A DNA stretch of 64,000 bases, from the IMG/VR virus record IMGVR_UViG_3300038673_000220, positions 64,001-128,000 of that record. One strand, 5' to 3'. Under the pieces are notes generated by a model that ran no database searches, was not told where the DNA came from, and saw only the letters and a list, made by a program, of their open reading frames with translations. Position numbers and translations under genes: made by a program. Positions 46,819 to 57,148 of the stretch are shown here, piece by piece. Numbering within the stretch: the first letter of the stretch is position 1; each line of letters opens with the position of its first letter. Source of the DNA: a virus. Taxonomy: Duplodnaviria; Caudoviricetes.

Positions 46819-47043
46819 ATGGACGTATTAAATGTTGCTGTAAGGAATTATGAGGCTCTTGGTCGTTCTTTAAAAGATTGTCCATTGAAAGAAGCTGACG
46901 ATATCATCGATTCAATGGAACAAGAGATTCTTGTATTCAGGCATCTCCATCCAGAAGTTGCGGCAACGATGCAATATCACCGAGATGTTGTTGAAACACG
47001 TAAACGTCTTAAACAAACAGTCGCTAATCCAGCATCGGTTTGA
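46819..47043 (+). CDS. small monocistronic hypothetical protein, probably early
   Basis: AAGGAG RBS; has its own promoter and terminator. Confidence 0.75.
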   Translation: MDVLNVAVRNYEALGRSLKDCPLKEADDIIDSMEQEILVFRHLHPEVAATMQYHRDVVETRKRLKQTVANPASV

Positions 47044-47055
47044 AATTGATATTTA

Positions 47056-47100
47056 AGATCAGCTATGCTCCAATAAGGAGCATAGCTGATCTTTTATTTT
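47056..47100. terminator. bidirectional terminator
   Basis: aagatcagctatgctcc/ggagcatagctgatctt between convergent genes. Confidence 0.9.
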
Positions 47101-48810
47101 TTAATCAACAAAGTCATCTACGAGATCTTGTCTTGATAAATTATGAATAGCTAGATTCAGTATATCGCTGTCAGTACTCATTTTCAGTTTCATGTTACTC
47201 CCTATGACGGATGAAATGTCATTTAGACTATTCCGAACATCGTCGTTTCCTTCTTTTGTCCACAATGTTGATAATGATACTGTATCACCATCATGATCAG
47301 CACTTAAACCAGGTAACCTGCTCTGATGAAGGATCAAGCTTTCGAAATAGGGTTTACCTATAACAGGATAATGAGGAGTATTTATTTTTAATCCAGAGTC
47401 GAATACTAATTCTTTTTGTTCACTTGGATTTGTTGTCGTTATATGAATAACTCCAGGATAAATACTACCATCTTCTAATACTGGGTATCTTGTTATAAAA
47501 CCATTCTTATCTTTAGCTATATTCAAAGCTGCGATATAAAGGAACTCAACCCAAGTCATTGGCTTAATCAGTGATTGGTCAAACTTCAATTTAAAAGATT
47601 CGACAACTCTCTGTAAATCAGTTTTCGTTTTACCGATAAACACTTGATCCTGGATATTATAGGTTAAGATGAGATAATACTCTTTACCATTCTTATCAGT
47701 GATACTGATAGCACTTTCCCTAAATCCTATATATTTAAATTGATTGATGATCTTATTTACACCTTCTGATGTAGTGTACTTGCTGATCTCGATAGGCTTC
47801 AGGGATGTGTATTCCATCTCTAAGGTTTTACTATTCGTAACAGCAACGCTTTCAGTTGATCCATGACGAAAGATCTCACCGTAAAGTTTGTTTTTAACGT
47901 AATGGATAAAGAATGGTTGAAAGCACTTGATCAGATTCAACATCGGGACCATAGTTTCATTAGATTTGATAACTGTAGGATCCTCAACTGAATCACTATC
48001 GTTCGTTGCAGCACTGATAACATTACGAGTTGAATAAGCTATCTTACGTGCTCCATAATGCTTTTGAATAAAACCACCTTTCTCAGATATAACATTCATG
48101 ATATAATCAAAGACAGCTGAAACCTTAAGCTGTATCTGGTATCGTATACCGTCAAATATAGAGTCATCTGACATATGAAATGACGATAGGCTTGAAGTTA
48201 AATTGATAACTGCCATATATAACTTATTGATATCCTCATTGGATAATCTTGAGGATTTCATATCAAGATCACGTAATCCTGCTGGTATACATATAAGATG
48301 CGTTGTCATCAGTTTATCTTTATTTTTACTAATCAATTTCGCTTTATTGATAGCTCGTAATGATTCAGTTTCGATATCACCCAATTTAGAAAGATGCTTT
48401 ACAAAGAATTGAAATCCAGTACCGCTATTTGGATCATCTTTCTTAGCTAATATAAAATTATTAATACTCTCATCAAATACACCGTATTGTTTACCACTCA
48501 GTATATTCATATAAAGAGTCTTTGGTTTTATATTAAATGCGAATATGACTGGGTGGATAATACTTGTATTCAATGGAATAACTGCTTCAGTAACGAATCG
48601 ATCCATATTCGTTATGCTACCGAAAATCTCTTCAGAAAATAATCCATTAGGATGGAATTGATTAGAATTTACAGCAAATATATTAGGAGATTTAACGCTT
48701 TTCAAATTGGCTTTATCAGAATACGAATGACCGTCAAGTAATTCGAATTTGATAGGAGCCTTATTCAATAGAGCTTTAATCTCTTCAGGGATCAATGACT
48801 GATCGAGCAT
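47101..48810 (-). CDS. virion RNAP beta' catalytic subunit (phiKZ gp180-like)
   Basis: FHPNGLFSEEIFG, PAGLRD, KGGFIQ...ARK...TRNVI, TRYP and the catalytic GLSADHDGD; GGAGG RBS before the ATG at 48810. Confidence 0.92.
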   Translation of the reverse strand: MLDQSLIPEEIKALLNKAPIKFELLDGHSYSDKANLKSVKSPNIFAVNSNQFHPNGLFSEEIFGSITNMDRFVTEAVIPLNTSIIHPVIFAFNIKPKTLYMNILSGKQYGVFDESINNFILAKKDDPNSGTGFQFFVKHLSKLGDIETESLRAINKAKLISKNKDKLMTTHLICIPAGLRDLDMKSSRLSNEDINKLYMAVINLTSSLSSFHMSDDSIFDGIRYQIQLKVSAVFDYIMNVISEKGGFIQKHYGARKIAYSTRNVISAATNDSDSVEDPTVIKSNETMVPMLNLIKCFQPFFIHYVKNKLYGEIFRHGSTESVAVTNSKTLEMEYTSLKPIEISKYTTSEGVNKIINQFKYIGFRESAISITDKNGKEYYLILTYNIQDQVFIGKTKTDLQRVVESFKLKFDQSLIKPMTWVEFLYIAALNIAKDKNGFITRYPVLEDGSIYPGVIHITTTNPSEQKELVFDSGLKINTPHYPVIGKPYFESLILHQSRLPGLSADHDGDTVSLSTLWTKEGNDDVRNSLNDISSVIGSNMKLKMSTDSDILNLAIHNLSRQDLVDDFVD

Positions 48811-48918
48811 TTGGATTTCCTCCAATTAGATTTATTTATCACCCTTCAAAAACAATACTATGATCGTTAAGCAAATCATTATTATAATGAATAATAATCA
48901 CTTATAAGGTGACTTAAT

Positions 48919-49668
48919 ATGATGGACAAGGACGAATATGAGAAAGGAGAAAAACTCATACTTAATGATTCATTCGCTATCTCAAATATTTATGTCGATA
49001 TCGGTTTTTTGAAGTATCTTGATTTGGGAAGATTCTTATCAAAAGGAGTAGGAATAAAATCCATATATGATAAGGTAGCTTCGTTTGTGTACAGTGATGA
49101 TTTTGTAAAGCGGTCTACAAATGAGCTTAAGTACTTACTCCCAGATCTCAATATAGATACTAATACGAAAATATCTGATGACGCTCTTTTAAGGATAAGT
49201 CCTTCATTTGATAAGGTTGAAGAATTTATCCTATATTATATTGAATTAGCCAATACTGCCAAAACTCATTATGGAATAAACAATCCTACAAAACTCTTTT
49301 TGGATGTGAGTTGTTTACCAAAACTCTCTAATGAAATGAAAGATATCTTGGTTAAAGAATACTCAGCTGTATTCGGGATTGATGTTGCTCTTATAACAGA
49401 TTTTAAAGGAACCACTATCAACCGATGTGATTATGACGCTTTCTTTGTGAGTGATCTTTTTTATTTTAACGATGTCGTTATCAATTTTCTTAACAGTGGT
49501 GAACTGATGGGAAAATACCTTTTCTGTCAAAAACTACTTATCATATCTAAAATGAATAAAAAGGATCCATCTCTTTTTGAAAGCGTTTTTCATAATATCG
49601 AAATAGCTATGACTACGGCTATCAAGTTTAAATTCATACAACCTTTTCCTTGTTTTAAAGGAGATTAA
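48919..49668 (+). CDS. hypothetical protein
   Basis: 249-aa ORF; AAGGTG RBS. Confidence 0.7.
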   Translation: MMDKDEYEKGEKLILNDSFAISNIYVDIGFLKYLDLGRFLSKGVGIKSIYDKVASFVYSDDFVKRSTNELKYLLPDLNIDTNTKISDDALLRISPSFDKVEEFILYYIELANTAKTHYGINNPTKLFLDVSCLPKLSNEMKDILVKEYSAVFGIDVALITDFKGTTINRCDYDAFFVSDLFYFNDVVINFLNSGELMGKYLFCQKLLIISKMNKKDPSLFESVFHNIEIAMTTAIKFKFIQPFPCFKGD

Positions 49669-49671
49669 TAT

Positions 49672-52600
49672 ATGGCGACTCAAGACAATGAAGGATTCGA
49701 TCTGCCGAATCTTGAATCGAAACTCAATGAGCCAGAACCGATCATAAATCCTGATCCCTCTGACCAAATATCAAATGAAGATAAACCTGTTTATGTTAAG
49801 AAGAGTAAGAAAAGAGATACATTCAAGAAATTAGAAGCTTCTAAACTCACTATCGATCAAATCAGTAATGAAGTAAAGAAAGCTTTTGATATTAAAATAA
49901 CCAATACAGATCCATCAGACATTTCAGCTCTTTTAGATAACAACAAACGAAGAGCTCTTTATCAAGCTGATATATCTCAAACAGTTACGAGTGAACGTAA
50001 CTTATACAAGCTCTGGATACCTAAGGTAAAGAATATTTTACCGTTAGATCTGTATGGAACTAAATCGATCAGTGATGCGGCTATTGACGGTCCAACACGA
50101 TTGATTATTAAAACGCTTGAAAGACAGAGGAAATTATCTGTTGATCAGTTTGTTCGAAATCAAGCTCGTGATATCATCAATGAGCGTTTCCAATTAAATG
50201 CTCATAAAGATAATTTATCCTTTTTGAGTCATGTAGTTGCTAATACTAAGAAGACATCATCTTTTCTTGATACGTTTGTTAAGAAATACATGATGACGAG
50301 TATTGAATTGAAATTTAAGCATATCTTTGTTTCTCAAGATATCTTAAAGCATACTAAATTGATGATTGAAACATTATCATCTAAATTAGACTCTGTTAAA
50401 CATAATACAGCATTATCAGATGTAGCTAAGATTTCAGCATTTGCTGAATTTAAACGAACGCTTCGTATTAAAGCAAATACGATGTTAGCTGATGCAGCTT
50501 TAGCTCAAATCAAAGGTCCTGTAACGAAACTCATTAACGATATCGTTACTCGAACGAAAGATGCTGCTGTTGATAAATATCAACGTTATACTGGAAATTC
50601 ACCTATCGAATTTTCAGGTGATGTTGATGAAAAGTTATCTGACAAGACCAAACGATTAGCTCGAAAAGTTAAAGGTGACATTGGTTATACTGATAGGTCC
50701 TTTCTATCACCCAATATGTCAAAAATAACAGATATTGAAAATCAAACATTAGTATCGAAATCTTTATCTTCAGTCCTTGATATCATTAAAGATAATAAAG
50801 AGGCTAAAGGTATTCGAACTCTCGGTGATAAAACTAATAAAAAGGCTACATTTGATGAATTAACTCGAAGAAGTGTTATCGATATCATTCCAAGTCTTTT
50901 AGCTAAGATCCACCAACAAGTAACGAAATCTTCAAATATACTCCTCTTTAATACAAAACGAGATCTTTACAATTACAATACAGATGATCTTGACGCTGAA
51001 ATCAATGCAAATGAAATACGCTTTGATAAGACTGCAGAGAAATTTGTTAATGATAAAGATCTCGGTGATAAGCTTATTGAAGATACTTTTGGTGATAGAG
51101 CTGAACGTGGTCAGATAATTCAACCTATTGTTAATAAATTCTACAAAGGATTTGTTGAACATGGTGGAGATAAGGCTGCATTCGAAAGAGCTCTTCCAAG
51201 TATCGTAACCTTCATTACTAATATATCTAAACACGCTAAAATCGTTAAGCTTGATCACATCAAGAAATACTTGAATGGTGCTGACCTTACAGCATTTGAG
51301 AAGGCTTATCTTGACTCTATATTTGTTGATATACCCCAAGATCTTAGAAAAGATGTAGCAGCTATTCTGACTCAATCTTTTTTTAAGGATATCGATAAGA
51401 ACGAAATCGACACAGCTATATCGGATGATATAGGAAAACAACTTCGCGATATCATCAAACTTCGTCAATCTGAAATAGAGAAACTCACTGAGTTTGGACG
51501 TCAAGGTGATCTCAGGAATTCTGATATCGTTGATAAAGAAACTGGTCAACTTAAGCATGACATTATTCGTAAGAAGTATGCTAACGTTGATATCGAAGGT
51601 ATTAGATCGAATCTCTCTACGGAGGAAGCTACTGAACAATCTTCTCTTAAAGAAGAGATGGCTCAAAAAGTAAATGACATTAAGAATCGTACGAGTAGAA
51701 CTATCAGGCGAGTTCGGAAACGTTTTCGTGGCGATGAAGGATTAGAACCACCACCAATTCCAACAAGAGATCAGATTCAGATATCTGGTCCAGGTGTTTA
51801 TACTCAAGGTTCTAAAGAAGAATTTCATATTCCACTTGATAAGATTTCGGATAAGATAAGAGTTGGTATCATTAATCTCATTGGAAAATCTCGGATCAAA
51901 CGAACTAAGGGTACTGATGAAATCATCGACCTTGATGAGAAAGATGGTGTCTATCAACAAAGAGAACGTATAAATCTTAAGGATAAGCTCAAAGAGACTA
52001 AAGATAAATTACCTATAGATACGATTAAGCAAACTATTCAAGATACTTTATCTGATATAGGTGAAAAAACTAAAACACAATATGATGACATAAAGGGATC
52101 TGATATTGATGGTAAGATCAGACGAATCGTAAGGCAGATCCTTAATAATAAAGGTAAAGCTAAAACTGATGAATATGAGAGTCGGGTTGAATTTAAAGGT
52201 GAACCTTGGAGACCTAGGAGTCAATCTCAACGTTATGAGAAACCTACTGAAGAGTCTAAAGATGATAAGGTTTTAGATTTCTTAAAAGATCAATTCGAAA
52301 CGAATAACATCATTCAGGAATCGCAACTCCAAGCTTTAAATGCCATCATTGGAAAACTTGATATTCTTGGATCAGGAAGCTCTGAAGAAAAAGAGAAACG
52401 AGCTAAATCTTTTCGTAGTTTATTTAATCCTATCAACTTCGGTAAGAAAGCTGTAGGTGTTGGATTAAAAGCTGGAGGTTTGTATCTCAAAGGTGTTGGT
52501 AAATTTTACAAAGGGTTATTCAACCTATCAGGTAAAGCTCTTAAAACGAGTGCTGGATTAGCCAGAGGTGGATTCGGTTTAGGGAAAGGAGCTTTAGGTA

Positions 52601-55600
52601 TCCTTGGAAATATCATTCCAGGTATAGCTAACTTTTATGGAGGTGTTTATAAGAACATCTTTAAAGGTATGTTTGCTACTGGAAAAGGTGTATTCAACCT
52701 CGGTAAAAAGCTTTTTCGATCAAGTAATAAATACGCTGACGTTTATCGAAAGGATGAAGTTGAATTAGGTAAACCTCTTTTAAAAGGTATCGACATTAAG
52801 AATGGAAAGTACGCTTATCTTAATGGTGGTATTTTAAAGGACAGCTTGTCTATAACTGAACCTATCATTGATACTGAAACAAACCAAGTCATTATATCTG
52901 AAGAGGATCTTGAACATGGTTTGGTTGATTATAAAAATAAACCTTTAAAGAGTAAAAACCTTTTAGGTAAGATCTTTAAAGGTATTGGAACGGTCGCTAA
53001 AGTTGGTGTCAAAGGTTATGGGATGGTACTGAAAGGATATTATTCCATGATGAAAACGATGCTTTCTGGAATATTCTCATTCATTCCAGGAATTGGAAAA
53101 TTCTTCGGTAAGAAAAAGAAAGATGATCCTGGAGTTTTAGATACAGTTAATGTTAAAGAACTAATAACTAATCATCTTGTTAAGATAACTGAACTTTTAC
53201 AACCGATATCAGCTCACTACGGTTTCATCCGCGAAGGAAGTTACGATGATTATAAACGTGATCGAGAAGCTGAAAAAGGATCTAAGAGGAAACGAATTCG
53301 TGATATTGTTAAAGAGAAAGGTCAAAGTCGAGTTGATTCTGTAAAAGAAGCTGCTAAGAAAGGTGGTGGTCTTTTAGGATTAGTTGGAGCAGCTTTAGGA
53401 TTCGGCGGTGATGGCGATGGTGAAGGTGGTTCAAGTGCTTTAGGTACAGCTACAACTTTAGGAGCTGGAGGTTATGCTCTTAAGAAAACTAAAGATGTTA
53501 TTGGTGGTATCTTTGGAAAGAAAGCTGCTACTGAAGGTGCTGAAGCTGCTGCCAAAACAACTGCAAAAGCTGCTGTTAAGAAAGGCTTACTTAGAAAAGC
53601 ATTAGGTAAGGTTGGTGGTTCTAAAGGAGCGATCTTAGCCGCTTTAGCCACATCGCTTGGAGCGAATTTCCTTGGTGGAGATGATGAAGCTCCGAAAACA
53701 AAAATGGGGATGGCTGGAGATGTAGCAACTGATATCGCAACATTTACAGCTGCTGATAAAGCTAAAGATCTATTACTCCCTAAAGTACTCAAGAAAGGTG
53801 GTGAAACTGGCGCACAGCAGTTAGCTAAACAAGGTATCTTAAGATCTGGATTAACAGCTCTCGGTAGATTCGGTTTTATGCAAGCTGCTAGAACTGCTGT
53901 TGTTAGTGGGGCAACAGCTATTGCTGGAGCTGTATCAGCACCAGCTGTTTTAGCTGGGTTAGCTATTGCTGGTTTAACTACTGGTGGTTACGTTGCTTGG
54001 AACTGGAGTAAGAATAAGGATAGAAGAAAATCTATCACAAAGATACGTAATAGTGTTTATAAAGTACCTGAAGATAAATTGAATGTTGTAATTGATCTGG
54101 AAAACGATTTATCTAAGGCTATGAATGATAATAAGAAATCTGATTTAGTTTCATCTAAACTTAAAGAGTATATCGAAGATTTTGGATTAGATCCTGATGA
54201 TAAACGACAATTCATTTTCTTCAAACATTGGTACTCAACGATATTCTTCCCAGTTTTTAAAGCAAGTTATGATATCATTGAACAATCTTTTAAAATCAAA
54301 TTCATTGATCAAGAAAAGCTTTCCGATGATCAGTTGAATGAGTATAAGCAATCTATTGAAAATAACGGTATTTTCCAATCGCTTAAAGAAAACCAATTCG
54401 AATTATCTTCTAAAGGATTTCGTCTATGGGAAAAAGAAGAATTCTTTAAAGACGGCGAATACGTTGATAGTAATAAGAAGCATCAAGAACTTGAAGATCA
54501 TCTTAAGAAAACAACTGATCTTATTAAGGATAATAGCGCTATCTCAAAAGTAAGTTTTGAAGATATGCAAAAGAAGAATGAAGCTAAAATTAATGATGCT
54601 TGGGATGGTTACGGTATGGTAGGTGTTATGCCTGAATTTAACTTACCAACTGAATCTCCAAGTAAAGTTATTAATGAGATAAGTGATACAGAACGATCCA
54701 CTGAGGAATATGCTGATTTATCGAAAGATAAAAGCTCTGGATTGGTTTTTAAATCGAATGGTAAAGTCAATCGTCGTAAAACTTGGAAGAATGTTGAAAA
54801 GCGTATCATTGAGCAGATGGTTAAACTCGGTTGGTCTAAAGCTCAAGCTATCGGTATTGCTGCTAATATCCACGCTGAAAGTAGTGGTGATATGACAGCT
54901 GTTGGTGATAGTGGTGCAACTTATGGGTTAGCCCAATGGCATCCTCCTCGTCAACGATTATTCAAAGCTAAGTTCAAGAAAGATATTCGACAAGCTACTT
55001 TTGATGAGCAATTAGCCTTTATCGATTATGAGTTACGTAATGGTAATGCATTAGAAAGAAAAGCTGGTCGGTTGTTAAAGAAAGCTGGATCTCCAAGTGA
55101 GGCAGCTTCCGCATTCACTTATTGGTACGAACGACCTAGAGATAAAGAAGAGCAAGCTCAGATACGATCAGCTTTTGCTGCATCTATTGCTCGTAATTAT
55201 AAAGAGCTTAATGAGGAAGATATCCGTTCAGATGAGGATATGACTCCAGAGCAGATTGAAGCTTTTGAGAAATCTAAATACGAAAGCGATACTGAAACTG
55301 TAAATGTAAATGGAATACCTGTTAAAATACCAAGTGGTGGTGGAAGTACTTTAAGAGCAACTGGATCTGGTGCAAGCTCACCATGGGATAATTTTGGTGA
55401 ACCATCTATCATACCTTCTGATAATATACCACAAACTCCAAGTAGATCTAGTGTCACTTCTCCAAACAATATTGGAAAAAGCACTAAAGGATCTAAAGAA
55501 TCCGATAAACTGACAGATCTTACTCCATCTGAAGGTATAAGTGCTACAGCTGGATTAGGTGAATCTGTTGCGAAATACGAATCTGGTAAAAAAGGCGTTA

Positions 55601-57039
55601 TGACCATCAGTAGTGGAAAAGGTGATCCTGGTGGCGTAAGTTATGGTAAATACCAATTATCAAGTAATGCTGGTACATTAAGTAAATACCTGAAGATGTC
55701 TGGATACTCTGATCAATTCAAAGGTCTATCTCCTGGGTCAGCTGCATTTAATGCTAAATGGAAAGAACTTGGTTCTAAGGATCCTAAATTCGCCGAATCT
55801 CAAAATCAATTCATTCATAAAACTCATTATGAACCAGCTTTTAAGAAAGCTCAAGAGTTAGGTTTTGATACGACAAATCGTGGTATCCAAGAAGCTATTT
55901 GGAGTGGTTCTATCCAACATGGTGGTATTAAAGAAATCTTACGAAGAACAGCTGCAGTACCTGGATTCGATAAAATGACTCCAGAACAACAAATAGCTGC
56001 ATTCTATCAACAACGTAGCGACTACGCTTCTTATTATATGCGTAAAAATGGAGCTTCTGAAGAACAAATCAAGAATGCTTCATATGGGCGTTATAAGAAA
56101 GAGATAAAAGATGTTATTGCACTATCTCAAGCTCAAAAGGATGATGTGACGAAACAAGAACCATCAATCCCGAGTCCTGTTGTTAATCAACCACAAATAG
56201 AAAATGATGCAATGAAAGATATCCAAGAAAAGGATATCAAAGCTGGATTACCTAAAACTGGAATCCCTGAGGTTGTTAAGAAAGCTACAGAGGAAACTAT
56301 CAGTAAAACTTCTGAACAACCTAAACCAGAGATACCTCAAGTTGTTAAAGAAGCTCCCAAACCTATCAATGTTACTCCATCTAAAACTGAAGGAGTTACT
56401 CAACCAGTTGTTAGTCAACCTCTACCTCCTAAAGTTATTTCAGCTGAAGCTGCTCCAAAAACAGTTACTGAACCGGCTAAATCTGAAAATCAAGTTAAAT
56501 CTGAAGCTGCTATAAAAGCTGCCTATACGAATTTCATGAGTGAGACTCCTGAAGAACGTAGAAGACGTGATGAGTTATTTAATCAGTATCGTAAGAATAT
56601 GTCTTCTTTAGATGCTGCTCGTTTATCGAGAGAAAATGCTCACAAAGAATTTGGAAAACCTGTACAACCAGCAGCTATTCCGAATCAAATAAATCCAGGT
56701 ACACCACAAACTCAACCGAATAGTGAAATAACTGTTAATGATCCTGAAGGTAAGAATCAGACGACATTACTTCAACAACAAAATGAACTCTTATCACAGA
56801 TAGCTTCACTGTTAGGTGGAAGTGGTAAGAAAGAATCTAAAGAAAAACCTGTTGAATCTGGCGTAACAGATAATAGTGCTGTTGTTACCAAACTTGATGA
56901 GGTCATAAGTGCTATTCAAGCTAATGCTTCAAAGGCTGTTGGAGAAACAATTCCTCAGCAGACTGGTACATCCTTAACGAGGAATGTTGAAGTTCCTTCA
57001 AATAAAGGATTAAGTGTTGGTCGACAATCTATTCAATGA
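49672..57039 (+). CDS. giant tail-associated lysin/tape-measure-like protein (phiKZ gp181-like)
   Basis: 2455 aa; SIELKFK, FDELTRRSVIDIIP and DVY motifs; tail-lysozyme domain GIAANIHAES..YGLAQW; second hydrolase YESG...GDPGGVSYGKYQL; adjacent to vRNAP genes. Confidence 0.85.
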   Translation: MATQDNEGFDLPNLESKLNEPEPIINPDPSDQISNEDKPVYVKKSKKRDTFKKLEASKLTIDQISNEVKKAFDIKITNTDPSDISALLDNNKRRALYQADISQTVTSERNLYKLWIPKVKNILPLDLYGTKSISDAAIDGPTRLIIKTLERQRKLSVDQFVRNQARDIINERFQLNAHKDNLSFLSHVVANTKKTSSFLDTFVKKYMMTSIELKFKHIFVSQDILKHTKLMIETLSSKLDSVKHNTALSDVAKISAFAEFKRTLRIKANTMLADAALAQIKGPVTKLINDIVTRTKDAAVDKYQRYTGNSPIEFSGDVDEKLSDKTKRLARKVKGDIGYTDRSFLSPNMSKITDIENQTLVSKSLSSVLDIIKDNKEAKGIRTLGDKTNKKATFDELTRRSVIDIIPSLLAKIHQQVTKSSNILLFNTKRDLYNYNTDDLDAEINANEIRFDKTAEKFVNDKDLGDKLIEDTFGDRAERGQIIQPIVNKFYKGFVEHGGDKAAFERALPSIVTFITNISKHAKIVKLDHIKKYLNGADLTAFEKAYLDSIFVDIPQDLRKDVAAILTQSFFKDIDKNEIDTAISDDIGKQLRDIIKLRQSEIEKLTEFGRQGDLRNSDIVDKETGQLKHDIIRKKYANVDIEGIRSNLSTEEATEQSSLKEEMAQKVNDIKNRTSRTIRRVRKRFRGDEGLEPPPIPTRDQIQISGPGVYTQGSKEEFHIPLDKISDKIRVGIINLIGKSRIKRTKGTDEIIDLDEKDGVYQQRERINLKDKLKETKDKLPIDTIKQTIQDTLSDIGEKTKTQYDDIKGSDIDGKIRRIVRQILNNKGKAKTDEYESRVEFKGEPWRPRSQSQRYEKPTEESKDDKVLDFLKDQFETNNIIQESQLQALNAIIGKLDILGSGSSEEKEKRAKSFRSLFNPINFGKKAVGVGLKAGGLYLKGVGKFYKGLFNLSGKALKTSAGLARGGFGLGKGALGILGNIIPGIANFYGGVYKNIFKGMFATGKGVFNLGKKLFRSSNKYADVYRKDEVELGKPLLKGIDIKNGKYAYLNGGILKDSLSITEPIIDTETNQVIISEEDLEHGLVDYKNKPLKSKNLLGKIFKGIGTVAKVGVKGYGMVLKGYYSMMKTMLSGIFSFIPGIGKFFGKKKKDDPGVLDTVNVKELITNHLVKITELLQPISAHYGFIREGSYDDYKRDREAEKGSKRKRIRDIVKEKGQSRVDSVKEAAKKGGGLLGLVGAALGFGGDGDGEGGSSALGTATTLGAGGYALKKTKDVIGGIFGKKAATEGAEAAAKTTAKAAVKKGLLRKALGKVGGSKGAILAALATSLGANFLGGDDEAPKTKMGMAGDVATDIATFTAADKAKDLLLPKVLKKGGETGAQQLAKQGILRSGLTALGRFGFMQAARTAVVSGATAIAGAVSAPAVLAGLAIAGLTTGGYVAWNWSKNKDRRKSITKIRNSVYKVPEDKLNVVIDLENDLSKAMNDNKKSDLVSSKLKEYIEDFGLDPDDKRQFIFFKHWYSTIFFPVFKASYDIIEQSFKIKFIDQEKLSDDQLNEYKQSIENNGIFQSLKENQFELSSKGFRLWEKEEFFKDGEYVDSNKKHQELEDHLKKTTDLIKDNSAISKVSFEDMQKKNEAKINDAWDGYGMVGVMPEFNLPTESPSKVINEISDTERSTEEYADLSKDKSSGLVFKSNGKVNRRKTWKNVEKRIIEQMVKLGWSKAQAIGIAANIHAESSGDMTAVGDSGATYGLAQWHPPRQRLFKAKFKKDIRQATFDEQLAFIDYELRNGNALERKAGRLLKKAGSPSEAASAFTYWYERPRDKEEQAQIRSAFAASIARNYKELNEEDIRSDEDMTPEQIEAFEKSKYESDTETVNVNGIPVKIPSGGGSTLRATGSGASSPWDNFGEPSIIPSDNIPQTPSRSSVTSPNNIGKSTKGSKESDKLTDLTPSEGISATAGLGESVAKYESGKKGVMTISSGKGDPGGVSYGKYQLSSNAGTLSKYLKMSGYSDQFKGLSPGSAAFNAKWKELGSKDPKFAESQNQFIHKTHYEPAFKKAQELGFDTTNRGIQEAIWSGSIQHGGIKEILRRTAAVPGFDKMTPEQQIAAFYQQRSDYASYYMRKNGASEEQIKNASYGRYKKEIKDVIALSQAQKDDVTKQEPSIPSPVVNQPQIENDAMKDIQEKDIKAGLPKTGIPEVVKKATEETISKTSEQPKPEIPQVVKEAPKPINVTPSKTEGVTQPVVSQPLPPKVISAEAAPKTVTEPAKSENQVKSEAAIKAAYTNFMSETPEERRRRDELFNQYRKNMSSLDAARLSRENAHKEFGKPVQPAAIPNQINPGTPQTQPNSEITVNDPEGKNQTTLLQQQNELLSQIASLLGGSGKKESKEKPVESGVTDNSAVVTKLDEVISAIQANASKAVGETIPQQTGTSLTRNVEVPSNKGLSVGRQSIQ

Positions 57040-57042
57040 AAA

Positions 57043-57077
57043 AGAGAGATACGGTACTCTAAAGTACCGTATCTCTT
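57043..57077 (+). terminator. hairpin, probable terminator
   Basis: agagatacggtact/agtaccgtatctct. Confidence 0.75.
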
Positions 57078-57148
57078 AATCCATATTTATCAATCTGAGC
57101 AATATTATGATCTTAACAGGTATTTTTCCTTTTATATAGGGAGTTTTT

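Noticed and set aside
50932-51666. 244-aa antisense ORF
   Set aside because: Shadow of the giant tail gene
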